Below are positions 18,464 through 27,769 of a stretch of 64,000 nucleotides of DNA, one piece after another (the stretch's first letter is position 1; the number at the start of each line of letters is the position of its first letter). The stretch comes from Longimicrobiales bacterium (GTDB taxonomy: Bacteria > Gemmatimonadota > Gemmatimonadetes > Longimicrobiales > Gaopeijiaceae): positions 381,529 through 445,528 of the forward strand of contig CBDCMR010000001.1 of the NCBI GenBank assembly GCA_965219035.1, given 5' to 3'. The position numbers and the translations under genes are program-made. The notes beneath the pieces are model-generated. The model made no database searches and was not told where the DNA came from. It was given only the letters and a program-made list of their open reading frames with translations.

Positions 18464-19296
18464 GGGTCCCAAGCATACCCATCGTACTGACACTCCTGCT
18501 GGCGGCGCTTCCGGCCGCCGCCCAACAACACAAAGCCGCCGAGCAGCGCGAAGAGGACGCAACCTTCCTCCGCGTGCCGGCCGCCGAGGACGGCCAGGAC
18601 CGTATCCATGGCATCCGCGCGCGCGTGCGCCACACGACGGTGATCGTGCTGCCCGCCGGCGAACGGATCCTCGACTTCGTGGCCGGCGACTCGGAGTACT
18701 GGCACCTGACCGGCGCGGCCAACGTCGCGTACCTCAAACCCCTGGCCGAGGACGCGGCGACCAACATCGCGCTTGTCTGCGAGTCGGGGCGCATCTACTC
18801 GTTTCTCGTCTCCGAGCACGGCGAGGAGCCGCCGCACCTGGTCGTCCGGGTCGAAGCGGGCGCGAAGGCGGCGGGGATGTCCGGCGCGGGCGCGCCCGCG
18901 TTCGTCGCCATGAGCGAGGTCGCGGCCTACCGGGAGATGGCCGCGGAGGCGGCCGAGGCGGCGCGCGGGGCTCGGGCGGAGGCGGACGCGGAGATCGAGG
19001 CGTTCCGCGCCTCCTACCCCACCCGGCTGGCGTTCGAGTACCGGCTGGACCGGGATGCGTCGCGGCGGCCGTTCCTGGTTGAGGCGATGTGGCACGACGG
19101 GCGGTTCACGTATCTGCGCTCGCGCGCCCAGGAGTCGCCAGCGCTCTATGAACTCAAGGACGGCGAGCCGGCGCTGGTCGCGTTCGATCTGACGGAGGCC
19201 GGCCTCTACGTCGCACGCCATGTACTAGGCGACGGTTGGCTCCAGATCGGCGAGAAGCGGGCGGGCTGGCGGTTCGAGCCAACGGACGCACGATGA
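18460..19296 (+). CDS. T4SS VirB9/TrbG/CagX-family secretin-like protein
   Basis: ATGA overlap with trbE. Signal peptide MRVPSIPIVLTLLLAALPAAAQQ. N-domain VIVLPAGERILDFVAGDSEYWHLTGAANVAYLKPLAEDAATNIALVCESGRIYSFLV. C-domain WHDGRFTYLRSRAQESPALYELKDGEPALVAF. Confidence 0.7.
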   Translation: MRVPSIPIVLTLLLAALPAAAQQHKAAEQREEDATFLRVPAAEDGQDRIHGIRARVRHTTVIVLPAGERILDFVAGDSEYWHLTGAANVAYLKPLAEDAATNIALVCESGRIYSFLVSEHGEEPPHLVVRVEAGAKAAGMSGAGAPAFVAMSEVAAYREMAAEAAEAARGARAEADAEIEAFRASYPTRLAFEYRLDRDASRRPFLVEAMWHDGRFTYLRSRAQESPALYELKDGEPALVAFDLTEAGLYVARHVLGDGWLQIGEKRAGWRFEPTDAR

Positions 19297-20423
19297 GCCG
19301 CTGGAAGCAGTGGATCAAGGAGCCCAAGGGCGCGCTGCCGGGCGGGATCGTGACGAAGGCCGGGATCGCGCTGATCGGCGTGCTCGTCGCCGGCATGCTC
19401 TTATCGTCGTCGCTCACGGGTCCCGCGGAGGACCCCATGGCCCCCGCCGTGCCCGAGCGGGAACGCCGGCAGGCCGAGGCCGCCGCCGAAGAGGCCGCCG
19501 GGGCCGACGGGGAAACCCGATCTGGCACCGGGGCGGCCGGCATGGCCCAGGCCGAGCACGAACTTCGCGAGGCGCTCCGGCTCGAGGAGATGGAGCGCAG
19601 GACGCGCTCGCTCCGCTCGCTGCCCGTGGCGCGGTCTTACCGGGATCCGAACCAGAGCCGGGATGGTGTCCGTCCCGCCGAGCCCGAGCCGCCCGAGGCC
19701 GCGCTTGACGCGATGCTCGCGTCCTTCGAGCAATCGGTCGCCGCCCTCGAAACCGAACTCCAAACAGGGTTGCCGGGCGGAGGAGTCATGCCCGGCTCGC
19801 CGGGAGCCTTATCGCAAGGCGCTCGCGCGCCCGAAACAACGGAGCCGGGCAGGAGCGTCCGGCCCGGGGACCCGCCGGGCTGGGAGCGGATCCGCGAGGG
19901 CTCGTTTCTGGAGGCCGTGCTGCTCACCCAGCTCTCGGGCGAGTTCCCCGGCCCCGTGCTGGCGATGGTGTCCGTGCCGCTGTATTCGGTCGACCGCCAG
20001 CGGGTCCTCATTCCGCGCGGCGCGCGCGTCGTCGGCATGGCCCGGGCCGTCCAGGACCGCGACCAGAGCCGGCTGGCGGTCGCGTTCCACCGGCTGCTGC
20101 TCCCCGACGGCGGCTGGATCGACCTCGAGTTCGCGGGCCTCAACCAGGCGGGCGAGGGCGCGCTCCGGGACGAGGTGAGCCGCCACTACTTCTCGACGTT
20201 CGCCGCCGCGGGCGCCGTCGGCGCGCTCAGCGGCCTCACCTTGGCCGGCGCCTCCCCCTACGGCCTACGGGCGGGCGTCGGCCAGGGGCTCGGCAACAGC
20301 GCCAACTCGATCCTCGACCGGTTCCTGAACCGGATGCCGGAGATCACGATCCGCGCCGGCCACCGGCTCCGGATCTGGTTCACCGCGGATGCGCTGGTCC
20401 CAACCCCCACCGCACACCGATGA
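19293..20423 (+). CDS. trbI: T4SS VirB10/TrbI
   Basis: ATGA overlap. N-terminal TM region, then a Pro/Ala-rich linker. C-terminal VirB10 domain SFLEAVLLTQLSGEFPGPVLAMVSVPLYSV...RLAVAFHRLLLPDGGWIDL...ITIRAGHRLRIWF. Confidence 0.85.
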   Translation: MSRWKQWIKEPKGALPGGIVTKAGIALIGVLVAGMLLSSSLTGPAEDPMAPAVPERERRQAEAAAEEAAGADGETRSGTGAAGMAQAEHELREALRLEEMERRTRSLRSLPVARSYRDPNQSRDGVRPAEPEPPEAALDAMLASFEQSVAALETELQTGLPGGGVMPGSPGALSQGARAPETTEPGRSVRPGDPPGWERIREGSFLEAVLLTQLSGEFPGPVLAMVSVPLYSVDRQRVLIPRGARVVGMARAVQDRDQSRLAVAFHRLLLPDGGWIDLEFAGLNQAGEGALRDEVSRHYFSTFAAAGAVGALSGLTLAGASPYGLRAGVGQGLGNSANSILDRFLNRMPEITIRAGHRLRIWFTADALVPTPTAHR

Positions 20424-20440
20424 CACGAAAGGATTCTCCC

Positions 20441-20990
20441 ATGCATCACCGCATCCTCGTGCCCGCCCTGCTTCTCCCGTTCCTGGCGCTGGCGAGCCCC
20501 GCGCCCGCGAGCGCGCAGTTCGACTTCGGCGGCGTTTTCCAGCGCGCCCAGATCATCGCGAACCAGATCACCCAGATCGCGAACCAGGTCAGCCAGATCC
20601 GGTCGATGGCCCGCCAGCTCTCCGAGCTCGAGGACCAGCTCGACCACATGGAGCGCGCCGCCCGAGGCGGCGGCCGCGCTCGCCGAGACGATCGAGAGCG
20701 CGCAGGGCTCGTTCGGCGGCCTCGCCGCGAACGGCAACCTGTCCAACACCGCCCTCCAGCAGGCCGGGGTCGCGGCCGCGCTGAGCCAGGGCCGGATCAA
20801 CGCCGCCATGGCCCAGGTGCTCGCCCACGAGGCCGAGCTCGCCCGCCTCGAATGGCTTGGCCGTTGGCAAGAGAGCCGGATGCGCGCCAACGCGCTTGCC
20901 GAGTCGATGCGCGACGCCGCGTCCCTGAACCGCGAGACGCTCCGCGACGGCCTCTTGTTCCGGATCCCGTCGTTCTACAAGGGCAACTAG
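20441..20990 (+). CDS. TrbJ/VirB5-like periplasmic T4SS protein, frameshifted near 20650-20670
   Basis: Signal peptide MHHRILVPALLLPFLALASPAPASA plus coiled-coil (IANQITQIANQVSQIRSMARQLSELEDQLDHMERAA). The reading frame then continues in frame 0 (PEAAAALAETIESAQGSF...AELARLEWLGRWQESRMRANALAESMRDAASLNRETLRDGLLFRIPSFYKGN). Confidence 0.5.
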
Positions 20991-21006
20991 GCGGGGAGCG
21001 TTCCAC

Positions 21007-21957
21007 ATGCAGCAGTCGATCGACCCGAACGTCCCCTCGCAGATCCCGCCCGACCAGCTCCAGGACTTCAAGAGCTTCCTGGACGTCGTGCTCGACAGCG
21101 TCGTGGGCGCCGCCGCGCCCGACGTGCACGCCCTCGGGCTCCAACTCTGGGGCGGGCTCGCCGCCGTCATGATCGCCTGGACGGGTCTCAAGATCGCGTT
21201 CAGCGGCACGTTCGAGCCCTGGGCCATCGTCAAGCTCGTGATCGGGATCGCCATCCCCCGCACGCTGCTCCACTACTACACCGTGCCGATCCCCGGCGTG
21301 GGGCTCACCTTCCCGGCCATGGTCGCCGGAGGCGGGATCTGGCTCCAGAACCTGTTCCTCTCCGACGTGGTCTCGGCCGGCTACACCGAGATGGCGGCCC
21401 TCGTCCGGGCCTACGCCGCGCACCTCGGCAGCGCGTGGTCGGCCGGGAACCTGCTGTCTATGGTGACCGCGGGCGCGACCGTGGTGTTCTCCTCGCTCGT
21501 GTTCTGCCTGCTCGCGCTGTTCTGCGTCACCTACGCGCAGGTGATCTGGGCGCAGGTCGCTCTCGCGATCGCGATCCTGCTCGGCCCCGTGTTCATCGCG
21601 TTCCTGCTCTTCGAGCCGCTCGCGTTCCTGTTCTGGGGATGGTTCCGGACGCTGATCGTCTACACGCTCTACGGCGTCGTGGCCGGTGCCGTGCTCCGCG
21701 TCTTCATGGGCGTCGGCATGGGCTACATCACGACCTACGCCGAGGCGCTCATGGGCACCGGCACGGCCGACCCGGCCGAACTCTGGCTCTGGGCCGTCGT
21801 CCTGCTCCCGCTCGTCGTCTGCGGCCTGATGGCCGGCCTCAAGGTCGGCGAACTCGCCTCGATGCTGGTGTCCGGCTCCGGCTCCGCCGGGTCCGGGTTC
21901 ATGGCCATCGCCATGCGCGCGGCGGCCCCCGTGCGCCCACCCGTCCCGGGCGCCTGA
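21007..21957 (+). CDS. trbL: T4SS TrbL/VirB6-family polytopic membrane protein
   Basis: 316 aa with six or more hydrophobic helices. Gly/Ser-rich C-terminus. Position is after the VirB5-like gene. Confidence 0.7.
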   Translation: MQQSIDPNVPSQIPPDQLQDFKSFLDVVLDSVVGAAAPDVHALGLQLWGGLAAVMIAWTGLKIAFSGTFEPWAIVKLVIGIAIPRTLLHYYTVPIPGVGLTFPAMVAGGGIWLQNLFLSDVVSAGYTEMAALVRAYAAHLGSAWSAGNLLSMVTAGATVVFSSLVFCLLALFCVTYAQVIWAQVALAIAILLGPVFIAFLLFEPLAFLFWGWFRTLIVYTLYGVVAGAVLRVFMGVGMGYITTYAEALMGTGTADPAELWLWAVVLLPLVVCGLMAGLKVGELASMLVSGSGSAGSGFMAIAMRAAAPVRPPVPGA

Positions 21958-21976
21958 GTCCCGAGGAGATCCGCCG

Positions 21977-22549
21977 ATGAAACGAGACAAGAGCGCAGGC
22001 CGCGAGTACGCCGAGATCTGGGGCGAGGCCGTGCAGGCGAACCGGAGGCTCAGGACGCTCTCGATCCTGCTCGCCGCCACCTGCGTGCTCGGTGTCCTGG
22101 TCCTGCTGCGGCTCGCGGGCGCCGAGCCGCCCAAGCCCATCGTCATCCGGGTCGACGAGGTGGGCCGCGCCGAGGCGCTCGCATACGAGGCCGCCACCGC
22201 CGAGGCCGATCCGCTCGATCCCACCACCAAGTATTTTCTGAACCGGTTCGTCGACGACTTCCACTCGCGCCGCCGCGCCACCGCCGAAGAGCACTGGACC
22301 CGGAGCCTCCGGTTCCTGTCGACCGAACTCGCGAACGTCGCGGCCGGGACCGCCGACACGGAGCGCCAGGTCGAGCAGGTCGTGCTGCGCATCCACCCCT
22401 CGCCCGAGCCGCCCCACGGCGCGACCGCCGACTTCGATCTCGTGCATCTGAGGGACGGACAGGAGGTCCGGCGCGAGCGCTGGTCGCTCTCGCTCCGGTT
22501 CGAGTTCCTGGAGTCGAGGTCGATCTGGCGATCATGGATGACGCTATGA
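21977..22549 (+). CDS. trbF: T4SS TrbF/VirB8-family protein, probably 3'-truncated at the 22.54 kb junction
   Basis: REYAEIWGEAVQANRRLRTLSILLAATCVLGVLVLLRLAGAEPPKPIVIRVDEVGRAEALAYEAA is the TrbF N-terminus and TM. Only 190 aa. GC content drops right after 22530. Confidence 0.65.
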   Translation: MKRDKSAGREYAEIWGEAVQANRRLRTLSILLAATCVLGVLVLLRLAGAEPPKPIVIRVDEVGRAEALAYEAATAEADPLDPTTKYFLNRFVDDFHSRRRATAEEHWTRSLRFLSTELANVAAGTADTERQVEQVVLRIHPSPEPPHGATADFDLVHLRDGQEVRRERWSLSLRFEFLESRSIWRSWMTL

Positions 22550-22559
22550 TCTTCTGACT

Positions 22560-23444
22560 CACCTTGCTCGATCAACTCGTCTAGGTCGAGACCGCTGAGC
22601 TTGAGGATCATCAGGAACGTCTCGTCCTCTTCAGAGGGGGCCAATTTTTTATTGTTCAAGCGCTCCTTGAGGCCCTCCAGGTTAGCGCGAGCCTGGAACG
22701 CCTTGTAATCATCCATGTAGATGAAAGTGGGAAGCTGAGAGACGATGTAGTCGTGGGCCTTTTGATATTTCGTGCTCTCGGCGACGAGCTTGGCTTTGAC
22801 CTTCGTCAACTTCGCCTTGTAGTCCTCAATGAACTGGCTTTCGTTTGCTCGCTGAGGCTCGATATTACTTTCTGTGAGCTGTTTTTGTAGCGCCTTTGCG
22901 TGTCGGGCGCGAACTCGGCGGGTTAGTTCCTCAAAGCGGCCATCCTTTGCGTACCGCGTGGCCTCCTGGGTGCACTGGATTGCCATCGCCCGGAAGTTTT
23001 CGCCGACTGGTTCGGTCATCTCTGGCAGGTCCTCGCAGATAGCATCGATTGAACTTGGATGCAACGCGCTCGGAAAGAGTGCCGAATCTTCTGGGAACTC
23101 AATCTCGTAGTTTCCTCGTAGTCCTTCGTGACAACCACATTCTCGTCGCTCACCTCCTGACCAGCGATCTCTGCAAGTTTCTTCACCTCCTCGGGCGAGA
23201 GCGTGAAGCGCACCTCGCAGACGGCCTGTTTATTGTTCCGTTGCGTGCGCTGGCCACGGGGCCACTCGCTGCGCATGTCGTATGGATCTGGAAGATGCGG
23301 GTTGAACTTGTGGAGCGCTCGCAAAAGAGCGCTCTTCCCGGCCTGGTTCTTGCCGACTACACAAGTGAGCGCATCGAGCAACTCGACCTCTCCCGAGTCC
23401 TCGATATTCCGAAACTTCTTCACACGAAAGGCTTTCAGATGCAC
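22560..23444 (-). CDS. AAA/ABC-type ATPase, OLD/PtuA/AAA_15-21-like N-terminal half (defence-island type), frameshifted and 3'-truncated
   Basis: MHLKAFRVKKFRNIEDSGEVELLDALTCVVGKNQAGKSALLRALHKF (Walker A). It continues after a 1-nt shift at ~23075 as YEIEFPEDSALFPSALHPSSIDAICEDLPEMTEP...LDELIEQGESEDH. The ORF then reads through antisense T4SS DNA. No Walker B or D-loop is visible. Locally low GC. Confidence 0.65.
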
Positions 23445-23696
23445 GGAGATCTCCTCTATCTCATTGAGTCTCTATCTCTTTCGGCAACACCTAATCCTGC
23501 TAGCCCGGCGATCGAATAACTGAACAGTCCTCCATGGGCGGGAGAAACGATACTCCCAGCGTGGCAACGAGTAGTTGACCCAGCACTCGTACGCAGAAGA
23601 GGGCGAGAAGCGCCCACAAGATCCGCGAATACGATGCGTGACTCATCAGTTGACCAGTCCGCTGATCCGGGTCAGAAGTGAGATCGGGTTCCTGCG

Positions 23697-24839
23697 TCAG
23701 TTGCGTGGGCCATCGACCCTCAGCCCCGCCTCCGACGCGGCCTCGCGGATGCGCGCCGCCAGGTTCGGGTTGGCGGTTATGATCTCCATGAGCCTCGTTC
23801 GGACACCCTGCCGCTCCGCCGCCGATAGCTCCCCTGCCATTTCCGCAGCTTCTCGGACCGCATTGAGGCAATCGGCCTCATAGACGATCTCGCCGCAATC
23901 GGCGGTGACTTCGGCCAACACGCCCGCGATCGTCGCACCCTCGGGTACAGCCGCGAACCGCTGGTTCGCCGCCTGAATCTCGGCTTGGGCACCGCGTCGA
24001 ATGTTGGCCCCCTCGGTCCCACCCTGGAAGCACATGAACTCGGGCCGGGTCCCCATCCAGCGGAGAGGACCGCAAGCGATCTTTCCTGCTTCTTGAGCTG
24101 CCTCAACGACCTCCGTGATCAACATCTCGTATTCGGGATCCCCCTCACGGTAGCCCGAGAAATTGCCCAGATCGCCGGATGCGGCGAAGAGGCCGTCCAC
24201 ACCCGGGATCTTGGCGATCTCGCGAGCGTTCTGGACACCTTCCAACGTCTCGATCATGAGGATCAGCACGACGTTCTCGTTCCAGGTGGCGCGGTACCCT
24301 CCAGGAACCTGGCCCCACATGGTGCGGCCGAACGCCTGACCACCCCCGTTGCTACGCCGTCCCATCGGCGGGAAGTAGGTCCATCCGACGGCGCGTTGCG
24401 CCTCCTCCGCCGAGTCGACTGTCGGCACCACGATGACCAGGGCCCCCATGTCCACCGGCAGCTGGACGTTGCCCTCACTCTCGTGGCCTATGCGAACGCC
24501 GGGCACGGCCGGCCTCGGACAGGCGAGCCACATACGAGCCACCTGTTCCCATGTCATCGCCTCATGCTGCATCTCGATCCAGGTGAAGTCGTAACCGGCC
24601 GAGGCCGTGGAGCAGTAGGTCCGAGGGTCGGTCGCGCGGATCGTGCCTCCGATGACCGGCTCCCCGTTCTTGATTTTCTGCATTACGGGGTTCCAGATCG
24701 GGACCTCTCCATCCGCCACGCCCCGTGGCCCGTACTGCCAAGCGTCGGGATCGAAATTCGGGCCGACCTGCGCATCCGCCAACGAAGCGCCCATCGCCAG
24801 CATCACGCAGACGCCAGCTAAAGTGATGGTCCTGTTCAT
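23697..24839 (-). CDS. HpcH/HpaI aldolase / citrate-lyase-beta family protein with signal peptide
   Basis: 380 aa. Signal peptide MNRTITLAGVCVMLAMGASLADA. Motifs GGTIRATDP, LILMIETLEGVQNAREIAKIPGVDGLFAASGDLG. Confidence 0.8.
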   Translation of the reverse strand: MNRTITLAGVCVMLAMGASLADAQVGPNFDPDAWQYGPRGVADGEVPIWNPVMQKIKNGEPVIGGTIRATDPRTYCSTASAGYDFTWIEMQHEAMTWEQVARMWLACPRPAVPGVRIGHESEGNVQLPVDMGALVIVVPTVDSAEEAQRAVGWTYFPPMGRRSNGGGQAFGRTMWGQVPGGYRATWNENVVLILMIETLEGVQNAREIAKIPGVDGLFAASGDLGNFSGYREGDPEYEMLITEVVEAAQEAGKIACGPLRWMGTRPEFMCFQGGTEGANIRRGAQAEIQAANQRFAAVPEGATIAGVLAEVTADCGEIVYEADCLNAVREAAEMAGELSAAERQGVRTRLMEIITANPNLAARIREAASEAGLRVDGPRN

Positions 24840-25087
24840 GGCCTTCGGTCTCCTAACGTTGCGGGTCGATCCCCATGCGTGACCTAGTGCCCCGGATCGG
24901 GATTCGGTCTTATGAGAATGTAGTTTAGATCATCGTTCTCAAGCTCTTGTTCCCCCGGGACCCCCACCCTCTCGCCGCAGACTAGGTCCTTTCAAACTCT
25001 CCAACTGGAACTCGGCGAGTGTCAATTGGGCCTCGAGCGCTCGAACCTCTTCATTGGTGTAGGTGGTCAGAGGCACTCTCACAACGG

Positions 25088-26305
25088 CTAGGGCCCGTGG
25101 AACTTGAGTCCGACTGCGGTCACGTCGTCACTCTGCGCGGTCCCCTCTTCGAAGGCCTCGACAGCCTCCGCGATGGCCCTTACGGCGGACTCCGGCGTCG
25201 CCGACTCGTCGCTGGCCAATAGGGCCTCGAGACGGTCGCGTCCAAACACCTCCCCGCCCCGGTCCATGGCGTCGGTCACGCCATCCGAGTAGACCAACAC
25301 TAGATCCTCCGGCTCGAGCGTGATCGCGCTTTCGGTGTACTGGCTTCGTCGTCCACACCTAGCGGAAGGCCATTCTTGTGGGACATCAACTCCGGACGCT
25401 GCCGGCTACGAACAAGATAGGGAGGATCGTGACCCGCGTTTGTAAACACGACCTCGCCCGTCGTCAGGTCGAGGATTCCAACAAAAAGGGTGACGAACAT
25501 GCACGAGTCGTTCTTCACGGCCAACTCACGATTCACCCGAGATATGATGGCCGCCGTGGACTCCGCACGTATGGCGTGCATCTTGATCAGGGTCTTGGCT
25601 GCCGCCATGAACAGCCCGGACGCGGCGCCCTTGTCCGACACGTCGCCGACGAGAAAGCACAGCCGATCCTTGTCCGCATAGAAGAAATCGAAGAAATCGC
25701 CTCCGACTTCCAACGCTGGTTTCAGGACGGCCGCGACCATGCATTCCTCGTGGCTCGGGGCAAAATCAATAGGCATCATGTTCCGTTGGACCTCACGAGC
25801 CACCTGAAGCTCACGCTCCATCCGATCCTTCTGCGCCTGGATCAGGTCGTAAGTGTCTTGCAGTTCCTCCGCCTTTCGCGCCAGCGCGCGATTAGTCTTC
25901 GATTTGAACCTTGTTACGGTCCGCCAGCTTTGAGAAGGAGTCGAGCATGTGCTCGGTTTCCTTGTGCTTGCTGACGTCCAGCGTCTCGGCGACGAGAACG
26001 CGGCGTTCGCCGTGGTCTCCTTCTCGCAGACTGGTGCGAAGCGCGGTCGTTCGAGCACCGGACCTGAGTTCGGTCTCGAAGACGAAAGTGCGTCCCTTGG
26101 CGATTCGCTGGCGTGCGCGGTCCATATTGAGGTCGTCCAGACGCTTTGCGAGGAGATCATCCCCGGGCGGGGGCGGGAACCAGGTCTCGAACGCCAAGTT
26201 GGCGTATTCGACACGCCACTCGACAGGATCGGCGATCGCCCATCCGACGGAAAGCGCATCCGCGGCCGCGCGGATGCTCACTCCCGAAACGTCTCCCTCA
26301 CCCAT
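25088..26305 (-). CDS. PAS-domain PP2C (SpoIIE/RsbU-family) Ser/Thr phosphatase, two frameshifts
   Basis: PAS-like N-terminus (ORF 25892..26305). Coiled coil ARKAEELQDTYDLIQAQKDRMERELQVAREVQRNMMP. PP2C domain GGDFFDFFYADKDRLCFLVGDVSDKGAASGLFMAAAK...FVTLFVGILDLTTGEVVFTNAGHDPPYLV. C-terminal LVYSDGVTDAMDRGGEVFGRDRLEALL...DDVTAVGLKF is in a third frame. Confidence 0.85.
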
Positions 26306-26673
26306 CGGTGTCGTTTCCCATCACAATGACGGAGCGATATGGCTCGAACGCCTTGGCAATGCTGCCTAGATGCTCCTCCCCAACCGCGTGGTCCTCGAGC
26401 GTTTCCATAACCAGTTCGACCACGAGATCGAAGTGCTGCTCTGCGATCCCCATCGACCCGTGAACCGCCTTCAACTGCTCCGGCGTATAAGAACACCGGT
26501 CCTCCCAGGAGCGTCGCCCAGAACTTGGTCTGGTGATCGACAAGCCTGCCCATGTCCGTGTCCCTGAAGAACGGAACCAAGTCCTCTTCGTCGAGCACCT
26601 TGTCGTAGAAGTCGGAGACGAGCTTTCGCACGACGGAGAATCCGCCGAGTTGGTCGTATAGTGATTTTTCCAT
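26298..26673 (-). CDS. truncated haemoglobin (2/2 globin), frameshifted
   Basis: MEKSLYDQLGGFSVVRKLVSDFYDKVLDEEDLVPFFRDTDMGRLVDHQTKFWATLLGGPV.Y then (other frame) TPEQLKAVHGSMGIAEQHFDLVVELVMETLEDHAVGEEHLGSIAKAFEPYRSVIV. The stop overlaps the start of the PAS-PP2C gene. Confidence 0.75.
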
Positions 26674-26859
26674 GGGCCGAACGTAACCCGTCTGCAATAA
26701 GATGAATAATATTGCCGCGCCACCTCTTCGGCGTGGCTTCAATGTACGAGGGCTCCCTCAAACACTTCCTAGACCGTCCGCAGACCCTCGTAATGCTCCT
26801 TCAGAGCGTCACGCAGAACGTCCTCGAAGGCGAGAAGCTCGAAATCGAGTTGTTCTGGG

Positions 26860-27765
26860 TCACTGGCTCAGCGCGCCCCGCAGGATTTCCACGACGGCGT
26901 CACGCCCTCGTTCGTCGACGCCCGCCACAAACGGTCCGCTATGGGCCACGGGATCGATCGACCACCTCTCTAGATCCACGACATCGCCCCCCGCCCCACG
27001 CATCAGCAGAAGGCCCGCCGTCAGGTCCCAAGGCTCGGCGGGCCGCTTGCTCCACACGTTGGCGTAGGTGTAATGGCCTCGGGCAGCATCGAGAAGCGCC
27101 CAAGCCGGGGATCCTCCAGGAGAGCGGACCATCCGCACCGGACCGCCCGTCCACTGCTCGTGAAGGGCACGCTGAACGCCCCCCGAGGCCCGGCCGGGAT
27201 GCAGGTTCACGAGAAGCTTGCCGTCCGCGAAATGCCGAAGGGGTAGATCCATCCCGGCATCGCCCTCACCGAACAAGTCCAACCGGACGAGGCGAGTGCC
27301 ATGTCCTGCCAAAGCATATCCTACCTCGCCGGTCGCTGGATTGGAGACGATACCGAAGTATGGTTCTCCGTCGCGAAACACGTTCAAGGTGGTCGAGTAG
27401 GTCTCTGTTTGGCTCAGAAACGCCCACGTTCCGTCGACCGGGTCGATGGCCACGACGAACCCGTCCGAGCTCATGCGGCCGCCGGACTCCTCTCCCACCA
27501 TGACGGCATCGGGGGCGAACCGAGCAAGGTCCGCTCGCACGACTTCCTCGATGGTTCGCTCCAACTCAGTGTGGGGAGACCCGTCATCCTTGAGCATGGC
27601 GTGCCCGCGCTCCCCCCGGGCCTCGCGGACCGACCCTCCAGCGACCAAGGCCGCGTGGAGGCCGAAGGCGACCCAGCTCTCCCCTTTATCGGGATCATCC
27701 GATGGCGCGGAGCCGCCGCTGCGGAATCCTCCGACCACGCTCGTTTCGAGTGCATTGAGAGGCAT
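26860..27765 (-). CDS. inositol-monophosphatase family phosphatase (IMPase/SuhB/CysQ-like)
   Basis: Motifs VVAIDPVDGTWAF and EPWDLTAGLLLMRGAGG. It starts 4 bp after the stop of the tri-domain gene. The true start may be internal (MLKDDG). Confidence 0.9.
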   Translation of the reverse strand: MPLNALETSVVGGFRSGGSAPSDDPDKGESWVAFGLHAALVAGGSVREARGERGHAMLKDDGSPHTELERTIEEVVRADLARFAPDAVMVGEESGGRMSSDGFVVAIDPVDGTWAFLSQTETYSTTLNVFRDGEPYFGIVSNPATGEVGYALAGHGTRLVRLDLFGEGDAGMDLPLRHFADGKLLVNLHPGRASGGVQRALHEQWTGGPVRMVRSPGGSPAWALLDAARGHYTYANVWSKRPAEPWDLTAGLLLMRGAGGDVVDLERWSIDPVAHSGPFVAGVDERGRDAVVEILRGALSQ

Positions 27766-27769
27766 GTGA

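Noticed and set aside
16499-18794. 579-aa and 271-aa minus-strand ORFs, and the 17245..19296 + ORF upstream part
   Set aside because: Antisense or out-of-frame shadows of trbE/virB9. The + ORF's real gene is only its last 278 aa (VirB9-like).
20797-22560. Most of the 755-aa minus-strand ORF
   Set aside because: Only the first ~170 codons (23064->~22560) belong to the ATPase gene. The remainder is read-through antisense of TrbF/TrbL/TrbJ with no stop by chance.
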